A stretch of 64,000 bases of DNA, from contig OY970166.1 in assembly GCA_963706595.1 (NCBI GenBank), positions 4,032,001 to 4,096,000 on the forward strand, written 5' to 3'. A model generated the notes under the pieces. The model was not told the DNA's origin. It saw only the letters and a list, made by a program, of their open reading frames with translations, and did not search any database. This document shows, one piece after another, positions 49,254 to 58,839 of the stretch (position 1 is its first letter; each line of letters opens with the position of its first letter). The position numbers were made by a program, and so were the translations under genes. This DNA comes from an uncultured cyanobacterium. Lineage in GTDB: Bacteria > Cyanobacteriota > Cyanobacteriia > Cyanobacteriales > Nostocaceae.

Positions 49254-52226
49254 ATGGTATTACAAGTACAAACCAGCACCTACGAAGCTAAAACTCAAGA
49301 AATTGCCAAACAGCTGCTCTCAGCAACCCAAGAAAATCGTTCATTTTTAGGTTCCTTGCGTGATCAGATGCGCTGGGATGATAAATTATTAGCTTGGGCG
49401 ATGAGTAATCCTGGTTTACGGGTGCAATTATTTCGGTTCATCGACACATTACCCGCTTTACAAAATAAACCAGAAATTGCCGCACATTTACAAGAATATT
49501 TAGGAGAAGAGTCTGTAGAGTTACCCTCAGCTTTAAAGGGAATGCTCAACTTTGCCCAACCTGATTCTATGCCGGGACAGGTGGCGGCGACAACCGTTTC
49601 TACAGCCGTGGAAACTTTGGCACATAAATATATTTCTGGGGAAAATATTAAACAAGTCATTAAAACGGTTGAAAGACTGCGAAAAGATAAAATGGCTTTC
49701 ACCATTGACTTACTTGGTGAAGCAGTAATTACTGAAACTGAGGCGCAGTCTTATCTAGAACGTTATCTGGAATTAATGCAGCAATTGGTGGAAGCATCAA
49801 AAAATTGGTCTGTAATTCCAGCTATTGATCAAGCAGATGGTGAATCAATACCACAAGTTCAGGTTTCTGTCAAGCTAACGGCGTTTTATTCCCAATTTGA
49901 CCCTTTAGATGCTCAGGGTAGTGAAGAGAAAGTTAGCGATCGCATCCGCACTCTTTTACGTCGGGCGAAAGAATTAGGCGCATCTGTGCATTTTGACATG
50001 GAACAGTACGCTTACAAAGATTTAACTCTGAATATTCTGCAAAAGCTACTCCTAGAAGATGAATTTCGCCAACGTACAGATATTGGCGTGACAATCCAAG
50101 CATATCTGCGTGATAGCGAAGAGGATGCTAAAAACCTGATTTCTTGGTTACAACAGCGCGGTTATCCTCTCACAGTCCGGTTGGTGAAAGGTGCATATTG
50201 GGATCAGGAAACCATTAAAGCGGAACAAAAGCACTGGAAACAGCCAGTTTATAACGATAAAGCGGCTACAGATGCCAATTTTGAAGTTATTACTCAGCTA
50301 TTGTTAGAAAATCACCAATATGTGTATGCTGCTATTGGTAGTCATAATGTGCGATCGCAAGCTCGTGCAATTGCTATAGCCCAAAGTTTAAATGTCCCTC
50401 GTCGTCACTTTGAAATGCAAGTGTTGTATGGGATGGGGGATAAGTTGGCGAAAGCTTTGGTAGACAAGGGTTATCGAGTTCGGGTTTATTGTCCTTATGG
50501 TGAGTTGTTACCGGGGATGGCTTATCTAATTCGGCGGTTGTTAGAAAATACCGCTAATAGTTCCTTTTTACGGCAAAATCTAGAAAATCGACCAATTGAG
50601 GAATTACTCGCGCCACCAATTCCAGCCTCCCCCTCGCTTGCGGGGGGGAATGAGGGGGGGTTCCTCGGTGTGGCGGATACAGATTATTCCGAAGAGGAAG
50701 CAACAATGAAGTCTGCTGAAGCTTTTAAATTGGTTCGTCAACAATTGGGTAGGACTTATTTACCTTTGGTGAATGGGGAGTATGTGAATACTGCGGAGTT
50801 TGTTGATTCTCTCAATCCTTCTAATTTTAGTGAGGTGGTTGGTAAGGTTGGTTTGCTGAGTGTGGAACAGGCGGAAGAGGCGATGCGGGCGGCTAAGGCG
50901 GCTTTTCCTGCTTGGAAGAAAACGCCTGTGAAGCAACGCGCTGGGGTTCTGCGGAAGGCGGCTGATTTGATGTCAGCACGTCGGGCGGAACTTGCGGCTT
51001 GGATTGTTTTGGAGGTGGGGAAACCTGTTAAGGAAGCAGATGGGGAGGTTTCTGAGGCGATAGATTTTTGTCTGTATTATGCTGAGGAAATGGAACGGCT
51101 GGATGCAGGTGTAATCTATGACGTAGCTGGGGAAACGAATCGTTATATTTACCAAGCGAGAGGAATTGCTGTGGTGATTTCTCCTTGGAATTTTCCGTTA
51201 GCGATCGCCTGCGGAATGACAGTCGCAGCTTTGGTTGCAGGTAATTGTACTTTACTCAAACCTGCGGAAACGTCCTCTGTAATTACTGCAAAACTCACAG
51301 AAATTTTAATTGAGGCGGGAATACCTAAAGGTGTATTTCAATACGTCCCCGGCAAGGGTTCCGAAGTTGGGGCTTACTTGGTAAATCATGCAGATACTCA
51401 CATTATTGCTTTTACTGGTTCTCAGGAAGTCGGTTGTCGCATTTACGCCGAAGCCGCAACGCTGAAACCTGGACAAAAGCATCTGAAGCGGGTAATTGCG
51501 GAAATGGGTGGGAAAAATGCGATTATTGTCGATGAAAGTGCAGATTTAGACCAAGCTGTAGTGGGAGTTGTACAATCAGCCTTTGGTTACAGTGGGCAAA
51601 AATGTTCTGCCTGTTCGCGGGTAATTGTGCTGTCACCGGTATATGATGCTTTTGTGCGGCGGTTAGTAGAGGCGACAAAATCTTTAAATATTGGCGCAGC
51701 TGAGTTACCGAGTACCCAAGTTGGTCCAGTGATTGATGCTAAGGCACGCGATCGCATCCTAGAATATATTGAGAAGGGTAAAACCGAAGCACAAGTAGCG
51801 CTGGAATTAACAGCACCAGCACAGGGGTATTATATCGGTCCAGTGATATTTAGTGAAGTTCCAGCCGATGCTACAATTGCCCAGCAAGAAATATTTGGTC
51901 CAGTGTTAGCTGTAACCAGAGTCAAAGATTTTGCAGAAGCTTTAGCAGTAGCTAATGGGACTAACTATGCTTTAACTGGGGGGCTTTATTCTAGAACGCC
52001 TTCCCACATTCAACAAGCACAGACGGATTTTGAAGTCGGGAATGTGTATATTAACCGCAATATTACAGGTGCGATTGTGGCTAGACAACCTTTTGGCGGT
52101 TTTAAGCTTTCTGGTGTGGGTTCTAAAGCTGGAGGTCCTGATTATCTGTTGCAATTCTTAGAACCTCGGACGGTTACGGAAAATATTCAACGCCAAGGTT
52201 TTGCACCTATTGAAGGCGCGGAATAA
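49254..52226 (+). CDS. putA: Bifunctional proline dehydrogenase / P5C dehydrogenase
   Basis: RLVKGAYWD, YLIRRLLEN, SPWNFP, EMGGKN, GQKCSACS and EIFGP. Confidence 0.95.
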   Translation: MVLQVQTSTYEAKTQEIAKQLLSATQENRSFLGSLRDQMRWDDKLLAWAMSNPGLRVQLFRFIDTLPALQNKPEIAAHLQEYLGEESVELPSALKGMLNFAQPDSMPGQVAATTVSTAVETLAHKYISGENIKQVIKTVERLRKDKMAFTIDLLGEAVITETEAQSYLERYLELMQQLVEASKNWSVIPAIDQADGESIPQVQVSVKLTAFYSQFDPLDAQGSEEKVSDRIRTLLRRAKELGASVHFDMEQYAYKDLTLNILQKLLLEDEFRQRTDIGVTIQAYLRDSEEDAKNLISWLQQRGYPLTVRLVKGAYWDQETIKAEQKHWKQPVYNDKAATDANFEVITQLLLENHQYVYAAIGSHNVRSQARAIAIAQSLNVPRRHFEMQVLYGMGDKLAKALVDKGYRVRVYCPYGELLPGMAYLIRRLLENTANSSFLRQNLENRPIEELLAPPIPASPSLAGGNEGGFLGVADTDYSEEEATMKSAEAFKLVRQQLGRTYLPLVNGEYVNTAEFVDSLNPSNFSEVVGKVGLLSVEQAEEAMRAAKAAFPAWKKTPVKQRAGVLRKAADLMSARRAELAAWIVLEVGKPVKEADGEVSEAIDFCLYYAEEMERLDAGVIYDVAGETNRYIYQARGIAVVISPWNFPLAIACGMTVAALVAGNCTLLKPAETSSVITAKLTEILIEAGIPKGVFQYVPGKGSEVGAYLVNHADTHIIAFTGSQEVGCRIYAEAATLKPGQKHLKRVIAEMGGKNAIIVDESADLDQAVVGVVQSAFGYSGQKCSACSRVIVLSPVYDAFVRRLVEATKSLNIGAAELPSTQVGPVIDAKARDRILEYIEKGKTEAQVALELTAPAQGYYIGPVIFSEVPADATIAQQEIFGPVLAVTRVKDFAEALAVANGTNYALTGGLYSRTPSHIQQAQTDFEVGNVYINRNITGAIVARQPFGGFKLSGVGSKAGGPDYLLQFLEPRTVTENIQRQGFAPIEGAE

Positions 52227-52350
52227 TTCTTTTTAACGAACCGCCAAGTACGCCAAGTACGCCAAGGGAAGAAAGAAAAGGAAGTATTAGCAACAACTCT
52301 CTAAATTTCTCTTTCCTTTGTGTTCTTTGTGTCCTTTGCGGTTCGTTTCC

Positions 52351-52731
52351 TCAAAATTTCAAACTCGAAGCTGCAAAAGCTAACGTACCCCAACCTAGCA
52401 GAAAGGCTACACCACCTAAAGGCGTAATTGCACCCAAGTATTTCACACCAGTTAAACTTAGGGCGTACAAGCTACCTGAAAAAATCGCAATACCAACGAT
52501 AAATAACCAGCCAGTAGCTATTAATATTGGTTGAGGCGATGTTGTGCGACTAATTAATAAAGCTACTAGCAAAAGTGCCAAAGCGTGGTACATTTGATAA
52601 CGTGCGCCTGTATCGAAAATTTCAAGCGATCGCTCACTAATCTTTTCTTTCAACGCATGAGCAGCAAACGCACCTGCGGCTACTGATAAACCGCCTAAAA
52701 TGGCAGCTATGCTGACAAATATTTGTGCCAT
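52351..52731 (-). CDS. DUF423 membrane protein
   Basis: GAFAAH, YQMYH, FSGSLY and ITPLGG. Confidence 0.9.
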   Translation of the reverse strand: MAQIFVSIAAILGGLSVAAGAFAAHALKEKISERSLEIFDTGARYQMYHALALLLVALLISRTTSPQPILIATGWLFIVGIAIFSGSLYALSLTGVKYLGAITPLGGVAFLLGWGTLAFAASSLKF

Positions 52732-52736
52732 TTCTT

Positions 52737-53225
52737 CTAGATGTCAAAATGATATGATACTCCGCCTTTTTCGCTCACTTGAAAATCAGCATTGAATTCT
52801 TTAGCTTTCATATCTAAATACTCTTGTGCGTCTGCTGCTGGGAGTTGACAATTCATCGCCAAGCCTAAAACAGTGACGCGCCCGTTATTTTCTTGTAACA
52901 TTTTATAGAAATTCGATTGCAGGCGATCGCTTAATTGTTTCTGTTGTGCTTTTTTCTCATTCTTGCTTTGACGATACATTCCTAAACTCATCCAACCGCC
53001 TAACATCATTGTCGGAATCCCAAAAATTATCCCATTTCTCGCCGTATTATCCAGGAAATAAACAGCAGGTTCATTGATAAAATCCTCTGCTACAGCCTCA
53101 TGGTATCCTGTGGACATGGGCTTCAGCATCGATTTTTTCTCAACTGTCGCTGAAACTGATAGTGTCAAAAACATGAATCCCAGTGTTAATAGCCAACCCG
53201 CAGCCAATTTTTCAGCAGTCTTCAT
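52737..53225 (-). CDS. Hypothetical membrane protein
   Basis: Two TM segments and a C-terminal winged-helix-like segment. Confidence 0.7.
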   Translation of the reverse strand: MKTAEKLAAGWLLTLGFMFLTLSVSATVEKKSMLKPMSTGYHEAVAEDFINEPAVYFLDNTARNGIIFGIPTMMLGGWMSLGMYRQSKNEKKAQQKQLSDRLQSNFYKMLQENNGRVTVLGLAMNCQLPAADAQEYLDMKAKEFNADFQVSEKGGVSYHFDI

Positions 53226-53557
53226 AATTTCCCATCAGATTTTAAACTTTGCTTGCGATTCTAACCTGACTTTAGTCAAGGTTCCAGTGTACTAATCTAC
53301 AGCCGAAAAATGCTAAAGTTAACACCCGCACACAGTGTTCTAAAAAATCCCCCCTCTCCTGACTAAGGAACCACGGTGTACACACAAATGATTGAATTAC
53401 CCCAAATCTATTTTTGTAGGGTGTGTTGTCGCGTAGCGCAACGCACCATCCTAGATTTTCGGTGTTAGGACTAACATCCATAACACACCCTACTTAACCG
53501 AGTAATATTCTCCCCTCTCCTTAATAAGGAGAGGGGTTGGGGGTGAGGTTCTATATT

Positions 53558-54244
53558 TTATTTACGCGTAGCTTCCAATAAACGCGAGTAATAAAAACGA
53601 GTCTTCGTCATCGCTTGGCGTTGTACCGAAAAGCCATTACTTTCTAAAATTTTCACCACATCAGCCTCACGGTGGAGATAGGCGCGAGTAGCTTTACTTG
53701 GCCCAGGAAAGAAACTACCAATTTTCTTGAGTATAGTCAAAGCGCAGTTCTTGGGCGCAAAACTCATAATTACCCTAGACTCAGCCAAAGAACAAAGATG
53801 TGAAATCATCTCATCGGCTTTTTCTTGGGGATAATGAATGAGAACATCCAAGCAAATCACCGTGTTGTAGCTACCAGTCAAGGATTCTAAATCCTGGACA
53901 GCAAAAGTAGTATTTTCCGAATTTTCCAAAGTTGCTAAAGCTCTATCTTGAGCTTCTGTCACCATTTTCTCAGAAATATCACTAGCATAGATTTTAGCAC
54001 CATCAGCCGCCAAGGGGATGCTCAGACTACCCACGCCACAACCAGCATCACAGATTGATAATTCTGGTAAATTACCGTCATCTTTCAGCCAGCCAATCAC
54101 TGTATCTACAGTTTGCTGGTGTCCGGTGCGGATATCTAACTGAACCTTGTTTACCTCGCCATCGCCGTAAATTCGCCGCCATCGGTCAAACCCCGTGGAA
54201 TTAAAATACTCGCGAACAATCGTTTTATCGTCAGCTACGTTCAT
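53558..54244 (-). CDS. chlM: Mg-protoporphyrin IX methyltransferase
   Basis: YFNSTGFDRWRRIYG, DAGCGVG and CLDVLIHYP. Confidence 0.95.
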   Translation of the reverse strand: MNVADDKTIVREYFNSTGFDRWRRIYGDGEVNKVQLDIRTGHQQTVDTVIGWLKDDGNLPELSICDAGCGVGSLSIPLAADGAKIYASDISEKMVTEAQDRALATLENSENTTFAVQDLESLTGSYNTVICLDVLIHYPQEKADEMISHLCSLAESRVIMSFAPKNCALTILKKIGSFFPGPSKATRAYLHREADVVKILESNGFSVQRQAMTKTRFYYSRLLEATRK

Positions 54245-54658
54245 AAACTTAAATTTTCAAGTGTTCCCAATGCTTAAAATTATCATTAATAGCAACCGTC
54301 AAGAATACTTTGACATATTTTTTTCATAAGTTTTTCTCTCACTTACGGCATACTAACTAATTATAGATAATACCTGAGTCAGCTTGATATTTATCACTTT
54401 CGCCAGATAAAATTTGATTTTTTAACTATTTTATCTCAAATAAACTCCTGTTCAGAAAAACCTGAGCTATAGTTCTTACTCATTTTATGAAACAGACTCA
54501 ACTTTTTGCTTTTGCTTTTTCAGTAGTCTTGATTAAAATATAATTATAAAATATAATCTCAGTAGTCATGCTATCAATAATTTGTTTTTTACTAATTTCT
54601 AAATATTTGTATACATCGTACATTAGTTTATTGGCTCATTTAGCTTTATTCATCACCA

Positions 54659-56740
54659 ATGACATCAAATCTAATAACTGAGAGTCCCATTATTCAGTTT
54701 ACCATTCTCCTCACAGTAATTTTTACTGTCCCTCCGATATTTGAGCGCCTGCGAATACCTGGATTAGTCGGTTTACTGGTCGCAGGAGTGGTACTAGGGC
54801 AAAATGGGTTAAAGCTTCTAGACACTAACTCAGAAACGGTCAAGCTGCTTTCAGATATCGGCAAAGTTTATTTAATGTTTGTGGCCGGTTTAGAAATCGA
54901 TTTACAACAATTTCGTAAAACTAAAAATCGCTCAATTGTCTTTGGAATCCTCACATTTATAGTGCCATTAATTGCTGGGATACTTGTCGGGCGATTGTTC
55001 AATTTTGGCTGGAATGCGTCTGTCCTGATTGGTTCTTTACTAGCCTCCCATACTCTCTTAGCTTATCCAATTGTCAGTCGTCTGGGAGTGGTAATGAATG
55101 AAGCTGTGACAGTCACAGTCGGGGCGACAATTTTTACTGACACAGCCGCTTTATTAGTCTTAGCAATTTGTGTGGGAATTCATGGGGGAGAATTCTCGGT
55201 GATAAGTTTAGTAACTTTATTAGGTGGATTAGCAATTTATTCTGCTCTTGTACTCTTTGGCTTCGATTGGGCTGGTAAAGAATTTTTTCGCCGTTCTGGA
55301 GATGAACAAAGTAACCAGTTTTTATTTATCTTACTAGCTTTATTTCTCGCATCTGTGGGAGCGCAGATAGTTGGAGTTGAAAAAATTGTTGGGGCATTTT
55401 TAGCAGGTTTAGCAGTTAATGATGTTGTAGGACGCAGCCCAGTTAAAGAAAAAATTGAATTTATCGGTAGCGTCTTATTTATCCCTTGTTTCTTTGTAGA
55501 TATGGGGCTTCTAATTAATATTCCGGCATTTATCAAAACTCTTGGTTCAATTTGGCTAACAGTGGTAATTGTCGTCGCTTTAATTTCCAGCAAATTTATA
55601 GCTGCATTTTTAACCAAGCTCATTTACCGCTACAACACTGCGGAAATGCTCACAATGTGGTCGTTGTCCTTACCACAAGTAGCCGCTACATTAGCAGCAA
55701 CCTTAGTTGGCTATCAAACCTTAAATCCTGCTGGTGAAAGGCTAATTAGTGAAAGTGTCTTAAATAGTGTGATTGTCCTGATGTTAGTTACTTCAATTAT
55801 GGGTCCATTAATCACAACAAGATTTGCGGCGTTATTACAAATGCCCCAGACAGATTTAGAAACCGAAAATACTTCAAATTGGTGGGAAAATCCTGATAGT
55901 CAGCCAGCCGAAATAACTCAGCATCCATTCACTGTAGCAGTACCAATATACAATCCCCAAACGCAGCGCTATTTAATAGAAATGGCAGCCTTAATCGCTC
56001 AACATGAATCTGGTAAAATTTTGCCATTAGCTATTACCAAAGCCCACGTTCACATGGATGATCCACAATTAGGAATCTCACTAGAACAAAGTCAAAAAAG
56101 ATTAAAAATGGCTGAAGAAATCAGTCAAGAATTTAATGTAAAAGTGTCAACAGCAATTCGCATTGATGATGATGTTGCTTTGGCAATTAGCCGCATCAGT
56201 CGAGAACAAAATGCTAGTTTAGTCGTAATGGGTTGGTCTCGCACCACAGGTTTACGCGCCCGTTTATTTGGTAGTATAATTGATAGCGTTTTCTGGTCTT
56301 CTCACTGTCCAGTCGCAGTCACACGCCTGGTAAGTAGTCCCAAGACAATTGCCAGAATTATTGTGCCAATTGGAGATTTAAGACCTCAAACTATCAGCGC
56401 TTGGCGGTTTGCGGAAATGTTAGCTGATGTGAATCAGGCGGAGGTTGTACTATTACACGTTTCTAACAGCAACACTCCCGCGAATTTAGTAGAACAATTT
56501 ACAACTCAATTGTCTGATATTGTTGCTAAAAGTCAGTTGCAGGTTAATACAAAAATCCAAATCATTATCGATGATGATGTTGCTAAAGCCATAGTTCGGG
56601 AAGCACAAGCTTTTGATTTAGCTGTGTTACGTTCTGTGCGTTATCGCACCACAGGCGGGTTAGCCGTCAGTCAAGTCACAACTCAGGTGATAGAAGAGTT
56701 AACTGGTTCTATTGTGTTATTAGGAGAAGCACATCTTTAG
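54659..56740 (+). CDS. CPA2 cation:proton antiporter with C-terminal USP domains
   Basis: Multi-TM N-terminus (LMFVAGLE, IFTDT, GAFLAG) and USP-like C-terminus. Confidence 0.9.
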   Translation: MTSNLITESPIIQFTILLTVIFTVPPIFERLRIPGLVGLLVAGVVLGQNGLKLLDTNSETVKLLSDIGKVYLMFVAGLEIDLQQFRKTKNRSIVFGILTFIVPLIAGILVGRLFNFGWNASVLIGSLLASHTLLAYPIVSRLGVVMNEAVTVTVGATIFTDTAALLVLAICVGIHGGEFSVISLVTLLGGLAIYSALVLFGFDWAGKEFFRRSGDEQSNQFLFILLALFLASVGAQIVGVEKIVGAFLAGLAVNDVVGRSPVKEKIEFIGSVLFIPCFFVDMGLLINIPAFIKTLGSIWLTVVIVVALISSKFIAAFLTKLIYRYNTAEMLTMWSLSLPQVAATLAATLVGYQTLNPAGERLISESVLNSVIVLMLVTSIMGPLITTRFAALLQMPQTDLETENTSNWWENPDSQPAEITQHPFTVAVPIYNPQTQRYLIEMAALIAQHESGKILPLAITKAHVHMDDPQLGISLEQSQKRLKMAEEISQEFNVKVSTAIRIDDDVALAISRISREQNASLVVMGWSRTTGLRARLFGSIIDSVFWSSHCPVAVTRLVSSPKTIARIIVPIGDLRPQTISAWRFAEMLADVNQAEVVLLHVSNSNTPANLVEQFTTQLSDIVAKSQLQVNTKIQIIIDDDVAKAIVREAQAFDLAVLRSVRYRTTGGLAVSQVTTQVIEELTGSIVLLGEAHL

Positions 56741-56776
56741 GGCTAGTAACAAATTAGATTTTTCAAACATCCTCTA

Positions 56777-56956
56777 AGCTCGACTTTATCCAAAATTAAG
56801 AACTCGGTTTTCTTTATCTGGCAAAACCTCTGGCTTTTTGGCAAATATTTTTTCCATATCACTTATTATCAATGAAATAAAAAAGGTACAACACCTACTC
56901 CACAAAGGTTTCCGTCATAGCTATTGCCTCAGCGTAAAAATGGATAAAGTCGAGCT
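56777..56956. mobile_element. 180-bp MITE
   Basis: Perfect 16-bp TIR AGCTCGACTTTATCCA / TGGATAAAGTCGAGCT. Confidence 0.75.
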
Positions 56957-57022
56957 GAGACGGCAAAGTTATCAAAGGTTAATCTCAGATTTTACTTACA
57001 ATTATTCTAGAACAAATAAACA

Positions 57023-57454
57023 ATGCAAGAGTCATTTTCCAATTCAGCAGGCAGACATCTACAGGATGCCCAAATTCTTTTGAACGCGCAACGGTGGGAC
57101 AACGCCGTTTACCTAGCAGGTTATGTTGTAGAATGTTCCTTTAAAGTACTTGTTGAGCAATACTTTAAGCATGACCAAGGTGCGGTAAAAAAATATGGAC
57201 ACGACCTCACTGAACTTGAGGGAAGGGCGATGGAACGCTTGCGAGTTCTCTATCCTATTTTGGATAAGCAACTTCCTGCTTTACGAATAGTTGGCACTGT
57301 TCTAGGTCAATATCATCCAGATCGTAGATATTCCAAATGTGGACTTTGGGCTGAAGCTGAGGCAAGAACTGCCGTTCAACGTGCGGAAGAAATCTACCGG
57401 GAAATACTCCCTAAGTTAGTGCTAAACGGCTCAATTTCTAGCCAGGATATTTAA
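57023..57454 (+). CDS. HEPN-domain protein
   Basis: HLQDAQILL...AVYLAGYVVECSFK...GHDL...RRYS...AEE layout. Confidence 0.75.
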   Translation: MQESFSNSAGRHLQDAQILLNAQRWDNAVYLAGYVVECSFKVLVEQYFKHDQGAVKKYGHDLTELEGRAMERLRVLYPILDKQLPALRIVGTVLGQYHPDRRYSKCGLWAEAEARTAVQRAEEIYREILPKLVLNGSISSQDI

Positions 57455-57457
57455 TAA

Positions 57458-58819
57458 ATGACGATCACTTTTGGTGAAACCTTTGATAAAGTACGCGAAT
57501 GCTTTCAGGAACAAATCATTGTAGATACACTTGTACCTAAACTTCAGTCCGTCACTATTATTCGTGATGTTAATGGAAAGATTAGAATTTTTCTTGAACC
57601 ATTACAAAATAATACCATTCAAGAATCAGAAACAACTGATCTTAATACCGTTTTATCTACAGAACTGGGAAATTATTATGGGCATGACATTTGGCTGCCG
57701 ACAGGAGAAAAGGATGCTTACAAAGCTTTAATTGATACTATCAAAAATGAAAGAATTTTTGCGTCTTGGGATGATCAATCAGTTAAGCCTCGGTGGTATA
57801 TTCTTGAGCGCCACATTGCTAAACAGGCATGGACAGATAATAAACTAGGTAAACCACCTTGGACATATTCCTTAGTCGCGCAAAAGCATAAGCCTGCAAT
57901 CGTATCTTTTTTCTCATTTAAAGGAGGTGTTGGACGGAGCAGTCCTCTTGTTGCGACGGCATTGACTTTAGCCCGTAACGGTCATCGAGTTGCCATTGTT
58001 GACCTGGATTTAGAAGCACCAGGTTTGGCTACGATTTTTTCACCAGACAACTCCACAAATCTAGGTGTGATTGATTATTTATTGGAAAAGAAGATTCAAC
58101 AAGATGATTGTAAACTACGTACTCATCTGAGAAGCATTAATGAGCAGACTTTGCGAGGTGATGATGGTGAAAGTATACAATTACTTCCGGCTGGAACCGT
58201 AGATAACAATTATTTAGAAAAGTTAGCCCGATTGGACTTTCAGAACCTTGTGGATGGTGAAATGCAAAGTACAATGCAAAATATGTTAAAAGAATTGCAA
58301 AGCGAAGTAAGAGATTTAGATTTTATTCTGATGGATGCGCGAGCTGGTTTTCACGATATTGGTGGCTTGGCAATCACAAATCTCTCACATGGGGTAGTTA
58401 TATTTGGAACTCAATCACGTCAAAGTTGGGCTGGCTTAACCCATGTTATTCGACATTTAGCAAGTCCTGGAGTTGATGAACGTTTACCGTTGATTCTTGT
58501 ACATTCGATGGCTCCAGCTATAGGAATGCCAGGACGAGAAACAGAATTGAAAGAATTTCGGGAACAAGCATACATTGTTTTTCAAGAAAACTATTACTCT
58601 GAAGATGAAACTGTCCCTGATACTAACAATACAGAAGAACCATTTTTTCCTGTCGTTTTGCCGTATCAGGAAAGTCTACGTGGGGACATAGCTCTATTTT
58701 TTCGTAACTCAACTCCAGAAGAATCAAATCGACTGTCAGACCTCGTAAACATAATGACAAATTCTCCTTATCAGGATATTGCAGAAAAGTTATGTGGACT
58801 TTTTGGGCGTGAATTTTAA
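57458..58819 (+). CDS. ParA/MinD-like ATPase with deviant KGGVGR Walker A and extra N-terminal domain
   Basis: SFKGGVGRSS, VDLDLEAPGL and MDARAGFHD. Confidence 0.85.
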   Translation: MTITFGETFDKVRECFQEQIIVDTLVPKLQSVTIIRDVNGKIRIFLEPLQNNTIQESETTDLNTVLSTELGNYYGHDIWLPTGEKDAYKALIDTIKNERIFASWDDQSVKPRWYILERHIAKQAWTDNKLGKPPWTYSLVAQKHKPAIVSFFSFKGGVGRSSPLVATALTLARNGHRVAIVDLDLEAPGLATIFSPDNSTNLGVIDYLLEKKIQQDDCKLRTHLRSINEQTLRGDDGESIQLLPAGTVDNNYLEKLARLDFQNLVDGEMQSTMQNMLKELQSEVRDLDFILMDARAGFHDIGGLAITNLSHGVVIFGTQSRQSWAGLTHVIRHLASPGVDERLPLILVHSMAPAIGMPGRETELKEFREQAYIVFQENYYSEDETVPDTNNTEEPFFPVVLPYQESLRGDIALFFRNSTPEESNRLSDLVNIMTNSPYQDIAEKLCGLFGREF

Positions 58820-58839
58820 AATTTAGATAAATTGAAACT

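Noticed and set aside
56838..57083. 81-aa ORF as a fourth gene of the HEPN operon
   Set aside because: It begins inside the MITE and overlaps the HEPN gene out of frame.
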